DNA of 64,000 bases from Mustelus asterias (taxonomy: Eukaryota): assembly GCF_964213995.1 (NCBI RefSeq), contig NW_027590874.1, positions 1 through 64,000 on the forward strand, in the 5' to 3' direction. Numbering within the stretch: position 1 is the first letter of the stretch; the number at the start of each line of letters is the position of its first letter. The notes beneath the pieces were generated by a model, which was given only the letters and a program-made list of their open reading frames with translations, ran no database searches and was not told the DNA's origin. Made by a program: the position numbers and the translations under genes. Shown here one piece after another: positions 47,801 to 61,925 of this stretch.

Positions 47801-49504
47801 GCCTGTTCCAATATTCAATAAGATCCAGGCTGATCTGGGATCTAACTCTCTGTCTCTTAACCCCTTGGACTAAGGAAAATCTATCAACCCCAGATTTAAA
47901 ATAATAACAAGTGACTGAGCATCAATAGCCATTTGCAGAAGATTGTTTCAAACTAACTCCACACCACATCTGGCAATGTTTCCATTTCTACAATTCTAAA
48001 ATTCTAAACTGAGGCTAACATTCAAATATTCCCAAATCCTGGAGTTCCCAGACAGCAGAAAAACTTGTTCTTTATCAGCCTCTCCCTTTCCCTCATTATT
48101 TTCAATGTTTGATTAAATCAGCCCCCAACTTAAATTCCAGCGGTTAAGAATAATGTTTAATCTGCGCTGTTCATCAAATGTTCCCAACACAAATACTGTA
48201 ATGGGGTAAATACAGAGTAAAATCCCCTCTGCTCTGTCCAAGGAATGTTTCATCACAGATTTTTATTTGAAGTTTAGGAAAAACAGGAATCAAATTGCTC
48301 AGCATCCCAGTGTGGCCTCCTGTTTATTTCAATCAGCCCTTCACATTCAAACATGAAGTTGAAGCTTCGAATACTGTCTGTGGCAGCGTTTGTGGATTCA
48401 GTTATTCTCCTGCTTTTTCACTTGTCTGAAGGATTTGAATTCTCGACATTGTTGAATCATTCCTTTCTCTCAGCACATGGAACTTGTGAATCTTCAAGGC
48501 AGACAATCTCATGTCATTAACAACAAACTGCATCTTTATTCATCCGTCCATTTCCTATCTCTGAATGGATCACACACATTTCCAGAATGCAGGAAGCTCT
48601 CAATGGAAACTGCTTCCAATTATTCCCCAATACAATTGTTCACACTTTACTGTGAACTACATTCCACTGACACTCCCAAAGCAGCCACAGAAAAGTGACT
48701 GGTTATTTTAAACATTGAACCTGAACTATTTGAGCTGATGATTCACTCACATTGTACAGAAATGTTGAGCCTGTTTTGATGAGAGTGATCAGATTAACAT
48801 TGTAACATGAAGACAGCCTCCGTACTGAGATTAACCACATTTACAACAATTCCGCAATATCAGATCCATTGCTGTGTGTTTTGTGTGAATCCAGCTGTGA
48901 AATATCTGGACATTTGGAGCTTCCACTGTTTCTGTCATTTCATCATTTATTAAAGTACGCTGTTCTCTCCCTTTTAAATCTAAGTTGTGTCAGTTTACAT
49001 TTCCCTGCACTGAAACCTCTCCACCAGTTTTGTCCATGTACAAAATATGAATAACTCTTTGCAATGTGATGTTTCCAGCTATGCTGCTTACAATGCTGTC
49101 TCATGTTTTGTGTCATTGGCAAACCAGGATGTGTAGCATTCAGTCACATTAAATGGTCAATAAATATGTCNNNNNNNNNNNNNNNNNNNNNNNNNNNNNN
49201 NNNNNNNNNNNNNNNNNNNNNNNNNNNNNNNNNNNNNNNNNNNNNNNNNNNNNNNNNNNNNNNNNNNNNNNNNNNNNNNNNNNNNNNNNNNNNNNNNNNN
49301 NNNNNNNNNNNNNNNNNNNNNNNNNNNNNNNNNNNNNNNNNNNNNNNNNNNNNNNNNNNNNNNNNNNNNNNNNNNNNNNNNNNNNNNNNNNNNNNNNNNN
49401 NNNNNNNNNNNNNNNNNNNNNTCAATGTATTTGAATCTCAAATATGTGCAGTTGGAGGCCATTTGACCCATCGAGCCTACTGCACCACTCAAACAGATCA
49501 TGAC

Positions 49505-49506
49505 AA

Positions 49507-49538
<32 letters not shown>

Positions 49539-50040
49539 ACACACACACAGACAAAGAGAGAGGCACACAGACACTCACGGACACACACACACAGAGAGAC
49601 ACAAACACACATTCACGGACACACACGCAGAGAGACACAAACACACACTCACAGACACAAATGCACAAAGACACAGAGAGAGACACACACACAGACACAC
49701 ACACACACAGACAAAGAGAGAAACACACAGACACTCACGGACACACACGCAGAGGGACACAAACACACACTCACAGACACACATGCACAAAGACACAGAG
49801 AGAGAGACACACACACAGACACACACACAGACACACAGACAAAGAGAGAAACACACAGACACTCACGGACACACACGCAGAGGGACACAAACACACACTC
49901 ACAGACACACATGCACAAAGACACAGAGAGAGAGACACACACAGACACACACTCACTCACACAGAAACACACATTGAAATAGACACTTGCACACACTTAG
50001 AAACTGTCTCTCTCTCACACACACACACACAGAAATACAA
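49505..50040 (+). repeat. Compound (CA/GA) microsatellite with larger repeated blocks
   Basis: Low-complexity ACACACAGA runs. Confidence 0.9.
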
Positions 50041-50444
50041 AAACATAAGTGCACCGACAGTCTCATTCCTATTTCTGTTTTACTCCTCAATGCCCCAACT
50101 AAAAAGTACTGGGATCTGAACTTGAAATGCTGGAACTGATCATGGAGGAACGAGTGGGGCCTAATAGACACTGAGAAGTTAACTTGTGTGTGAATCATAG
50201 AATGGTGACAGCACAGGAGGCCATTCAGCCCGTCAAGCCTGGATCGACACACTGCAAGGGCAGTTTCACTATTCCCAATCCTCCACCCTCTCCCCGTAAC
50301 CCTGTCAATATTTTCCCTTCAGCTTCCCATTCAATTTCCTCTTGATGGAATCTTCTTCCACCTCTGACTCAGGCAGAACATGATGTGGAGATGCCGGCGT
50401 TGGACTGGGGTAAACACAGTATTTTTGTCTAAACCACAATATAC

Positions 50445-52125
50445 ATAGAATCCCTGCAGTGCAGAGGAGGCCATTCGGCCCAACGAGTCTGCACCAACCC
50501 ACAATCCCACCCAGGCCCTATCCCCATATATTTACCCTAGCTTGTCGCTAAGGGTCAATTTATCATGGCCAATCCACCCAACCCGCACATCTTTGGACTG
50601 TGGGTGGAAACCGGAGCACCCGGAGGAAACCCACAAAGACACGGGGAGAATGTGCCAACTCCGCACAGACAGTGACCCGAGCTGGGAATGGAACCCGGGT
50701 CCCTGGTGCCGTGAGGCAGAAGTGGTAACCACTGTGCCACCGTGCCGCCACTGACCTTTTGGAGAATCCTCCTTAGTTCCATTTATTCTCCAAGGCAAAA
50801 CTTCCATTTCCCAGCTCTTGTCTGTAAATGCTCAGTCTCTTGTTCCAGGGATTTTCCCAGTATTTCCACACGCTAACCTGCTGTGGGTCATTGGCCCAAA
50901 TTTTCTTCAACCATTTTCAGAATTTCATTCAAATACTTCTGATGTTTAAGCAAAATGGTTTGCTGCTCCTGTTTGGTCTTTGAACTTTTCATAACCCTGG
51001 AGTTTCTCCTGATCTCATTCAGATTGAGTTTTATTTAATTTCTTTCCAGCGATGTCAAAACTTATTCATTCTGGACTTTCATTTTGTTTTCTAATATTGA
51101 GTCTATCTCGTCACTCACAAACTACTCATTCGAATCATTTGAGGGGGTTTAAATAATGTGTTTTTAAATAATTTGTCAACTTCCCTGAACTCTGCCGTTG
51201 TTAAATCTTGTTCTGTCTCAGCAATGGGCGGCACGGTAGCACAGTGGTTAGCACTGCTGCTTCACAGCTCCTGGGTTCGATTCCCGGCTCGGGTCACTGT
51301 CTGTGTGGAGTTTGCACATTCTCCTCGTGTCTGCGTGGGTTTCCTCCGGGTGCTCCGGTTTCCTCCCACAGTCCAAAGATGTGCGGGTTAGGTTGATTGG
51401 CCGGGTTAAAAATTGCCCCTTAGAGTCCTGAGATGCGTAGGTTAGAGGGATTAGCGGGTAAATATGTGGGGGTAGGGCCTGGGTGGGATTGTGGTCGGTG
51501 CAGACTCGATGGGCCGAATGGCCTCCTTCTGCACTGTAGGGTTTCTATGATTTCTATGAAGCCCCTTAAATTAAAATGAGCAGCTACTCAGTGTTAATTG
51601 TCATTAACCCTTGGAGCTCTTATTTCCTCTGGGGTGAACTTTTATCATGATGTTTCGGGCACTTTTCCTGCCTCTGCACTGTCCATTACCAGGGTGGATA
51701 CATCAATATCTTTACTCACTTCAGTTTGACTCGATTTATTCTTATCACATTGATATACAGTGAAAAGTATTGTTTCTTGTGCACTCTACAGACAAGGCAT
51801 ACCATTCATAGAGAAGGAAAGGAGAGAGTGCAGAATATAGTGTGACAGTCATAGCGAGAGTGTAGAGAAAGATCAACTTAGTGTGAGGCAGATCCATTCA
51901 AAAGTCTGATGGCAGCAGGGAAGAAGCTGTTTTTGAGTCGGTTGGTACATAACCTCAGACCTTTGTGTATTTTTCCGACAGAAGAAGGTGGAAGAGAGAA
52001 TGTCCAGGTGCGTGGGGTCCTTAATTATGCTGGCTGCTTTTCCGGGGCAGCGGGAAGTGTAGGCAGTCAATGGATGGGAGGCTGGTTTGCGTGATGGACT
52101 GGGCTTCATTCACAACCCTTTGTAT
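50445..52125. mobile_element. SINEs (~50445-50749 minus; ~51226-51559 plus) and a Rex/Babar fragment (~51727-52125 minus)
   Basis: Same motifs as the other copies. Confidence 0.85.
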
Positions 52126-52874
52126 AGTCCCCACCAGTCACACACGACACACACACAGTCCAGAAGAGACACACGTGTGGAAGATGATGCTGTCGGAGGC
52201 AGAGGTGCCTCGAGCTATCCGTGCAGCAATGCAGGTCCAGTGCGCTGAAGGCTGTCCTCCTCGGCAGCAATGACCTGCCACCGGTCTGCGCCTTCACAAG
52301 ACTCTGGACACAATGGGTAAAGAGAGATAGAGAGTGAGAGATGGATTGATATATATACATGGTGAGAGAGAGAGAGAGATTGCCCCAATACAAACATCGC
52401 TCCCCAACCTCTCTATCCCCCCTCCCCAGCAACTATCTGAAGCTAAATTAATGTCACAACATCACTGCCATCTTTTACCCAAAACTTAGCTTCAGACCCT
52501 GTCCCTCTATATTTAACCAGCCCGTCTCTGACATCTCCAGTCACACAACCCTGTGAGATGTCTGCACCGCTCTAATTGTGGCATCGTGAGCGTTCCACAT
52601 GCAACATGACTTGCATCGATAAACTCTCAACTCCAACATTTCAATTGAAATTTCAAAGCTCAATGGCTTTGAAGCCGAATGGTCCAGATTGCCATGGCCT
52701 TCAATGTGAACAAGTTGTTTGTGATGTCACTACAGAGGTTGCCTAGGAAACAATGACTGAACACAGGGGGTGAATGTGAGAAGCTGAAGTTTCCACTTGA
52801 AGACATTCCCAGTGTCTCTGAGCAGCTGAACTGGGGAAGCCTTTGGGCAGAGACTGTGCTGCTGCTATTGCCCT

Positions 52875-53331
52875 TCCTGGCCACCAGGCGTCGCTGTAAC
52901 GCTCCCGGGGGGGGGGCTGCTCCTCCCCAGTGTCACCTCTTGCCCACTCCGGCCCGGCCCCATGCTCGTTGGCGGGACAACAAGGGGGTCTGTCGAGGGG
53001 GCGGGGCGGCCTGTGCGCATGTGCGGGACGGGAATGCTCCCAGAGGTCAGCGCGCGCAGACGCCGCCGCATCGATGCCGTCTCCCCTGGCAACTCAAGAT
53101 GGTCGCCGCCGTCTCCCTTGGCAACGGAATATGGCCGCTGGCCGTCTCCCTTGGCAACGCAAAATGGCCGCCGGCGGTGGGTGTCATTGCGGCGCACGCG
53201 CAGTGAGGTGTGTCTGCAGCCATTGTCCAGATTGCCCCCAGTGGATGGGGTTGGGATTGTGCAGCAGATGGAGCAACAATCCCAGTTTCAATAGGGGGAC
53301 AGAAGCTGCAATGCTGCCCCCTGTTGGTCAC
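52875..53331. promoter_or_regulatory. Duplicated CpG-island promoter-like element with 3x RFX+YY1-like unit
   Basis: GTCTCCC(C/T)TGGCAAC at 53079, 53111 and 53144; CTCF motif at 53312-53331. Confidence 0.65.
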
Positions 53332-53887
53332 TTCTCCCAGTCTCAGCATTGCAGAGTGTTTAAACAAGAGTGCATTGTCACAGCAGCACCTTGACCTTCA
53401 GTTTCAGTTTATTTATTAGTGTCAGAAGTAGGCTTACATTAACACTACAATGAAGTTACTGTGAGAATCCCCTAGTCGCCCACACTCCGGCGCCTGTTCG
53501 GGTTACACTGAGGGGGAATTTAGCACGGCCAATGCACCCTAACCGGCACATCTTTCAGACTGTGGGAGGAAACCGGAGCACCCGGAGGAAACCCACGCAG
53601 ACACGGGGAGGGGACAGCCCGGGGGAAAGCTCCATTCCAACTGTCCCTGGAGTGTCAGATTAACCTGGGTCACTCACGCACCCCCCCCGGCTAAGACTCA
53701 CCTCCCTCAGACAGTGAGACCCTCCTGTATCACTCACCTTACTGTAGTCAGATACCCTCAGACTCAGCACTGGGCCCTGGGCGTGTTCTTTAAATGCTGC
53801 GACCTATCGTGGAGGAAAGAATTGGGAGGATTTTGATTTGATTTATTATTGTCACATATATTGGGATACAGTGAAAAGTATTGTTTC

Positions 53888-54226
53888 AAAGAAATCATAG
53901 AAACCCTACAGTGCAGAAGGAGGCCATTCGGCCCATCGAGTCTGCACCGACCACAGCCCCACCCAGGCCCTACCCCCACATATTTATTTGCTAATCCCTC
54001 TAATCTACACATCTCAGGACTCTAAGGGGCAATTTTTTAACCTGGCCAATCAACCTAACCTGCACATCTTTGGACTGTGGGAGGAAACCGGAGCACCCGG
54101 AGGAAACCCACGCAGACACGAGGAGAATGTGCAAACTCCACACAGACAGTGACCCGCACCAGGAATCGAACCCGGGACCCTGGAGCTGTGAAGCAGCAGT
54201 GCTAACCACTGTGCTACCGTGCCGCC
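53888..54226 (-). mobile_element. Young HE1-type SINE with GTTTC target-site duplication
   Basis: GTTTC at 53883-53887 and 54227-54231; the empty site is visible in copy A near 27855. Confidence 0.92.
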
Positions 54227-57200
54227 GTTTCTTGTATGCTGTACAGACAAAACATACCGTTCATAGAGTACATCGGGGAGAAGTAAAAGAGAGGGTGCAG
54301 AATGTAGTGTTGCAGTCATAGGGAGGGTGTAGAGAAAGATAAATCTAATATGTAGCAGGTCCATTCAAAAGTCTGAGGGCAGCAGGGAAGTTCTTGAGTC
54401 GGTTGGTACGTGATCTCAGACTTTGTATCTTTTTCCTGACGGAGGGAGAGATTTGGATGGATGACCAGAAGCTGGGTCAGTGAGGTTGTGTTTTAGCAAT
54501 GGAGGTCTGGCGAACAGAAAAGGCCCTTCGGCCCATTGCATCTGTGCTGGTCAAAGACAAATCACCCAACTTGGCTCACGGCCTGGTAAGCCTTGGCATT
54601 GCAAATGCATAGCTAAGCACTTCTTAAACGTTCTGAGGGTCTCTGCCTCCACCACCCTTTCAGGCAGAGAGTTCCAGACTCCCACCACCCTCTGGGTGAA
54701 AAAGCTTTTCCTCACATTCCCTGTAAACCTCCTGCCCCTTACCCTAAATCTATACCCCCTGGTCATTGATCCCACCACCAAGGGGAAAGCTTTCTTCCCG
54801 TCTACTCTATCGATGTCCCTCATAATCTTATCCATCTCCATCATGTTCCCCCTCAGCCTCCTCTGCTCCACGGAAAACAACCCCAGAGTGGAATCTTATC
54901 ACCGTTCAGGCCGGCAGGATTTTCCCATCCCACTGCAGTGAAAGGAGATTTGGCTGGTCACCAGATTCTCCGACCTCGCTGAGCGGGAGTGTGGCGTCAA
55001 CAGGTGGTAAGATCACACCCTCAGTCTATAAAATCTCTCTTCAGTTCGAGTGGCGGCACGGTAGCACAGTGGTTAGCACTGCTGCCTCACAGCGCCAGGG
55101 ACCCGGGTTCAATTCCGGCCTCGGGTTACTGTCTGTGTGGAGTTTGCACATTCTCCCCGTGTCTGCGTGGGCTTCCTCCGGGTGCATTGTCCATGCAAAA
55201 TTGCCCTGAGGGTCCCACGATGTATAGGTTAGGGGGATTAGCGGGAAAATACGTGGGGTTACGGGGTAAGCCTGGGTAAGAGTCCATGCAGATTTGATGG
55301 GTTGAATGGCCTCATTCTGGACTGTAGGGATTCTATGATTCCATGAACTAAAACTCTCCAGGCCAGGCAACATCCTGGTGAATCTCCTCTGCACCTTTTC
55401 CAGTGCTATCACATCCCTCCTATCCTGTGCATTCCACAACTGCACAATGTTTCGATGAGGGGTGGCACAGTGGTTAACACTGCTGCCTCACAGCGCCAGG
55501 GACCCGGGTTTGATTCCTGGCTTGGGTCACTGTCAGTGTGGAGTTTGTACATTCTCCCCGTGTCTGTGTGGGTTTCCACCGGGTGCTGCGGTTTCCTCCC
55601 ACAGTTCGAAAGACGCGCTGGTTAGGTATATCAGCCATGCTAAATTCTCCCCAAGTTGCCCAAACAGGCGCCAGAGCATGGCAACTACGGATTTTCCACA
55701 GTAACTTCATTGCAGTGTTAATGTAACCCTACTTGTGACACTAATAAATAAACTTTTAAACCTGATACTCGATTCCCCCATGTTGGCCTTGTTCTGTGAT
55801 CATTAATGCGGATGTTTAGATTATTCAATAGTTCTTTGAGGACAGCAGACACAGGGGAAAAAAAACATGTGGCTCTGTACACAACAGATATATTTCAAGG
55901 GGATATTGCAGCCAGCTGTATCTGAGTGGCAGTAATCTTCCCTCAGAATTAGACAGATTGTGGGTTCAGCTCAGAGCCTCAAATACTAGGCCCTTAGCAT
56001 CGATCAGAGACTCCGCGCACAGCATGATGGGAGAGCGGACAAAGGAAAGTGGTGTTGAATTTGTGAGCCTTGTTTTGTGGAAAGCTTTAGTGTTTGGTCA
56101 GAATGTTAATTTTTGAGTGGACCTACCAGACATTAAGCTGATCTTTCTCTACCCTATCGGTAACTGCAACACTGTATTCTGCACCCTCTCCTCTCCTTCT
56201 CCCGAATGGACTCTATGAACGGTATGTTTTGTCTGTGTAGCGTGCAAGAAACAAAACTTTTCACCGTGTCCCAATACATGGGATAGGGCTACATGGTGGA
56301 CAGTGTTTAGCACTGCTGCCTCACAGCACCAGGAACCCGGGTTCAATTCTCGGTTGGGAGTTGAGTTTGCACATTCTCCCTGTGTCTGCGTGGGTTCCCT
56401 CCGGGTGCCCCGGTTTCCTTCCACAGTCCAAAGATGTGCAGATTAGGTGGAATCTGAGACGCTACAGAAGCAGGGTAAAGATTTGAAAATGAAGTGTTTC
56501 TTACCCACTTTTAAAAGACAATCCACATTCGCACCAGTCACATTTCACACACTCTGCTCAGTCCTGTGTTGGGGGGGGTGTTTAGTGCGGGATCAGTGTT
56601 TGCTTTTCTCAAACCGCAGTGATATTCCCAACAAGGGCACGAGGTTTCAGTGTTTAAACATGTAAAGATTACAAAACTAAACCAGACAGAAAGTGATGAG
56701 GCCTCACACCTTCAATGTAGTAATCTTCGCTCAGAGTCAGAGAGATTGTGGGTTCAGGTCAGAGCCTGAAATACTAGGCCTTAGCATCGAGACACACAGA
56801 GACAGAGAAACACAGAGACAGAGACAGATACAGAGAAATGCAGAGACAGAGAGACACACACAGATACATAGAGAGATATACACACAGAGGCAGAAAGAGA
56901 GACACAGATCCAGAGAAGTACAGAGACAGAGAGACACACAGATACAGAGAAATAGAGACAGAGAGAAACAAAGAGAGAGACACAAACACAGAGACAGAGT
57001 GAAATATACAAATATACAGAGAGAGACACAGATACAGAGAAATACAGAGACAGATACACAGAGAGATAGAGACACAGAGAGATAGAGACACAGAGAGACA
57101 CACAGATACACAGAGAGATAGAAACAGAGAGACACACAGACACACAGAGAGATAGAGACACAGAGAGACAGAGAGACACACAGATACACAGAGAGATAGA

Positions 57201-60141
57201 GACAGAGAGACACACAGATACACAGTGAGATAGAAACAGAGAGACACACAGATACACAGAGAGATAGAGACACAGAGAGACGCACAGATACACAGAGAGA
57301 CACACACATAAACACACCAACAGAGAAATACAGAAAGAGAGTTTGGCAAAGTCAGATTTTATTTTCCATTCAATATTTATTTACAAATTCAGAGAATATT
57401 TGACAGGAAAATTGATTTTAAAGTTAACAAAAGTGAATCTGACCTTTGAGCTTCACAATGAGATCAGAACCCCCCCCCCCCCCGCTCTGAGCTGCCCAAT
57501 ATCTGTACAGCTGTACCAGACACCAGAAAGAGAAAACCAGAGCTCAACATCACGGGAAATGAACAATTATGAACAAGGAACGAGAAAAGTTATTAATTTA
57601 TACCTGAGATTTAAACTACAGGAAAACTATTAACTACAATTACATTACAACAAAAGTTACCTTCTACATTTCACACTGAAAACTGAACTACCGCCCACAA
57701 TTGTCTCAGTGACAGATTCAGAATGATAAACTGAGAGAATTTCACTGTTGGAGTCACCGACAGCAGATATTGTATTTGTGTCAATCAGGAATCTTAATAA
57801 TCAGCTGAGGGAAATCTACACCGTCCAAAATTCAACCCATCACTTGATCTGTAAAAGAAAGATACAATAATGAAGCAGATGTTTATGATGCGGGACATTA
57901 ATGTTAGAGTTTTTAATCAATGAATCATTTAGAGATTTTTCAAATCCCTTCTGTCAGTTTGACAATCCACTCTGACACCAGTCACATTTCACACTCTCTG
58001 CTCAGTCCTGTGTTGGGGGGGGGCGGGGTGTTTAGTGTGGGATCAGTGTTTGCTTTTCTCAAACCGCAGTGATATTCCCAACAAGGGCAAGAGGTTTCAG
58101 TGTTTAAAAATGTAAAGATTTCAGAACAAAACCAGACAGAGAGTGATGAGGCCTCACACCTTCAATGTAGTGATTCCCCCAATCTTTCCTTTTGTATATT
58201 GTTTCCTTCCTCTGTCTGAAGTATTGGAGACGTCGACATCACTGAAACAATACAATCTCTCGGGACAATCACTGTAAACAGCTTCTGGAAACAAATTAAC
58301 ACTTTAATCACCCAAAAAGCTGAATGTCCATTCAAACACCTCCCTCCCCATATCCTTGTAAATGCAAAGATAACTCCCATTTCCCCAAAGCAGGAAGATG
58401 TGAAATGGAAACATCTTCAGCTTTTTACACACTGCACTTTTCCACGGACCAAAATGTTTCAAAACATTTGCTGAAGTTTTGTTTTAAACTCTTTATCAAT
58501 GTCCTTCCAGGTTTAGTGTGAAGGTTTGTGTTCCACACTGAGCCCCTCTCAGTCTCCACACGGAGCTTGTGTGTGTGTGCTGATGCTCCTGTCATTTTGG
58601 ATGGATACTGTGTGAAGCTGCATTCTCTCCCAGTGAGTTTCTGATGTACTTCACTCTCTCTGCGGCTGGAGCAATGTCCAGCAGGCAGCAGAGGATGGCA
58701 GTGTATCACTGTCAGCACAATATAGACAAACAGCCTTTAGCAAGAGAGGCTTTGACCCTTTTTCAAATCCCCAATTTGATGTTTCCAGCTGCGCTGTTTA
58801 CAATGCTGCTGAATATTGTGTGTCTTTGGTAAACTGGGATGTGTAGCATTCAGTCACATTAAGTGGTCAATAAATACGTCCACACTGTGTATATCTTTCT
58901 GTGTGTGTGTGTCAGCGTGCATGTGTGTCAATGTATTTAAATCTCAAAGGAAAATAGGAGCAGGTGTAGGCCATTTGGCCCATCGATCCTGCGCCAGCAT
59001 TCAAACAGATCATGGTGCACGTACGCACACAAAACACGCACACACCAACACACACAAAACACGCACACACACAAAGCACGCACACACCAACACACACAAA
59101 ACACGCACACACACAAAGCACGCACACACCAACACACACAAAGCACGCACACTCCAACACACACAAAACACGCACACTCCAACACACACAAAACATGCAC
59201 ACACACAAAGCACGCACACACAAACACACATAAAACACGCACAAAAAGCACACACACAAACACACAGAAACACACACACACACATCAAACACACAGTTAG
59301 CACTGCTGCCTCACAGTGCCAGGGAGTCGGGTTCGGTTCCCGGCTTGGGTCACTGTCTGTGCGGAGTTTGCACATTCTCCCCGTGTCTGCGTGGGTTTCC
59401 TCCGTGTGCCCCGGTTTCCTCCTACAGTCTGAAAGACGTTCTGGTTCGGGTGCATTGGCCGTGCTAAATTGTCCCTCCGCGTCAGGGAGACTAGCTCGGG
59501 TAAATGCATGGGGTAATGGGGATAGGGCCTGGGTGGGATTGTGGTCGGTGCAGACTCAATGGGCCAAATGGCCTCCTTCTGCACTGTAGGAGTCTAGGAT
59601 TCCATGAAAACACACAGAAACAGATATTCTCACCCAGTAACACTCAGGCGCACACAGTAATAAACACACACGGAAACATGTCCACGCACACACACACACA
59701 CGCATGCACACACACACACACAAACAGACACACAGACACACACACACACACACACAAACACACACAGATTCCTATTTTATTTCACACAATCGATTTGCGT
59801 CTTGAACATGCTGAATGATTGGGCTTCCACATCCTCCTGGAATAGAAAATTCCAAAGATTCACCACCCTCTGAGTGAAGAAATTCCTCCTCATCTCAGTC
59901 TTCAATGGTCTGCCCCTGATTCTGAGATTGTGTCCCCTGGTTCTAGTCTCACCAGCCAGGGGAAACATCCAATCTACATCCACCCTGTCACACCCTGTAA
60001 GAATTTTAAGTCTGTTTCAATGGGATCGCCTCTCATTCTTCAAGGGTTCAAGGCCGACTTCCGGACTTGATGGCCATGGAAGGTGTGCTCATAACGGGGC
60101 CAAACAGCTGGATTATCAAACAGTAAATCCTGCCGGGATCG

Positions 60142-61925
60142 TGTATCAGTAAACTCTGCCCGAAACCTCTCTCAGTTATTACAATCTGGGCCTTGTATCA
60201 GTAATCTCTGCCCTAAACCTCTCTCAGTTATTACAATCTAGGCCTTGTATCCGTAAACTCTGCCCGAAACCTCTCTCAGTTATTACAATCTGGGCCTTGT
60301 ATCAGTAAACTCTGCCCGAAACATCTCTCAGTTATTACAATCTGGGCCTTGTATCAGTAAACTCTGCCCGAAACCTCTCTCAGTTATTACAATCTGGGCC
60401 TTGTATCAGTAAACTCTGTCCAAAACCTCACTCAGTTATTACAATCTGGGCCTTGTATCAGTAATCTCTGCCTGAAACTTCTCTCAGTTATTACAATCTG
60501 GGCCTGGTATCAGTAAACTCTGCCCGAAACCTCTCTCAGTTATTACAATCTGGGCCTTGTATCAGTAAACTCTGCCCGAAACCTCTCTCAGTTATTACAA
60601 TCTGGGCCTTGTATCAGTAAACTCTGCCCGAAACCTCTCTCAGTTATTACAATCTGGGCTTTGTATCAGTAATCTCTGCCCGAAACCTCTCTCAGTTATT
60701 ACAATCTGGGCTTTGTATCAGTAATCTCTGCCATAAACCTCTCTCAGTTATTACAATCTGGGCTTTGTATCAGTAATCTCTGCCCTAACCCTCTCTCAGT
60801 TATTACAATCTGGGTTTTGTATCAGTAAACTTAGCCCGAAACCTCTCTCAGTTATTACAATCTGGGCTTTGTATCAGTAAACTCTGCCCGAAACCTCTCT
60901 CAGTTATTACAATCTGGGACTTGTATCAGTAATCTCTGCCCTAAACCTCTCTCAGTTATTACAATCTGGGCCTTGTATCAGTAATCTCTGCCCGAAACCT
61001 CTCTCAGTCATTACAATCTGGGCCTTGTATCAGTAATCTCTGCCATAAACCTCTCTCAGTTATTACAATCTGGGTTTTCAATCGGTAAACTCTGCCCGAA
61101 ACCTTGCTCAGTTATTACAATCTGGGCCTTGTATCAGTAAACTCTGCCCTAAACATCTCTCAGTTATTACAATATGGGCCTTGTATCAGTAATCTCTGCC
61201 CTACAACTCTCTCAGTTATTACAATCTGGGCCTTGATTCAGTAAACTCTGCCCTAAACCTCTCTCAGTTATTACAATCTGGGCCTTGTATCAGTAAACTC
61301 TGCCCTAAACATCTCTCAGTTATTACAACCTGGGACTTATATCAGTAAACTCTGCCCGAAACCTCTCTCAGTTATTACAATCTGGGCCTGGTATCAGTAA
61401 TCTCTGACCGAAACCTCTCTCAGTTATTACAATCTGGGCATTGTATCAGTAATCTCTGCCTTAAACCTCTCTCAGTTATTACAATCTGGGACTTGTATCA
61501 GTAATCTCTGCCATAAACCTCTCTCAGTTATTACAATATGGGCACTGTGTCAGTAATCTCTGCCCTACAACTCTCTCAGTTATTACAATCTGGGCCTTGA
61601 TTCAGCAAACTTTGCCCTAAACCTCTCTGTTATTACAATCTGGGCCTGGTATCAGTAATCTCTGCCCTAAACCTCTCTGTCATTACAATCTGGGCTTTGT
61701 ATCAGTAATCTCTGCCCTAAACCACTCTCAGTTATTACAATCTGGGCCTGGTATCAGTAATCTCTGCCCGATACCTCTCTCAGTTATTACAATCTGGGCC
61801 TTGATTCAGCAAACTCTGCCCTAAACCTCTCTCAGTTATTACAGTCTGGGCCTGGTGTCAGTAATCTCTGCCCTAAACCTCCCTCTGTTATTACAATCTG
61901 GATCTTGTATCAGTAATCTCTGCCC
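60142..61925 (+). repeat. 52-bp minisatellite, ~34 units
   Basis: Same unit and same flanks as 37326-39620. Confidence 0.97.

Noticed and set aside
52130-52320. Possible coding exon ending G|gtaaag
   Set aside because: All three plus frames contain stops and I recognise no homology.
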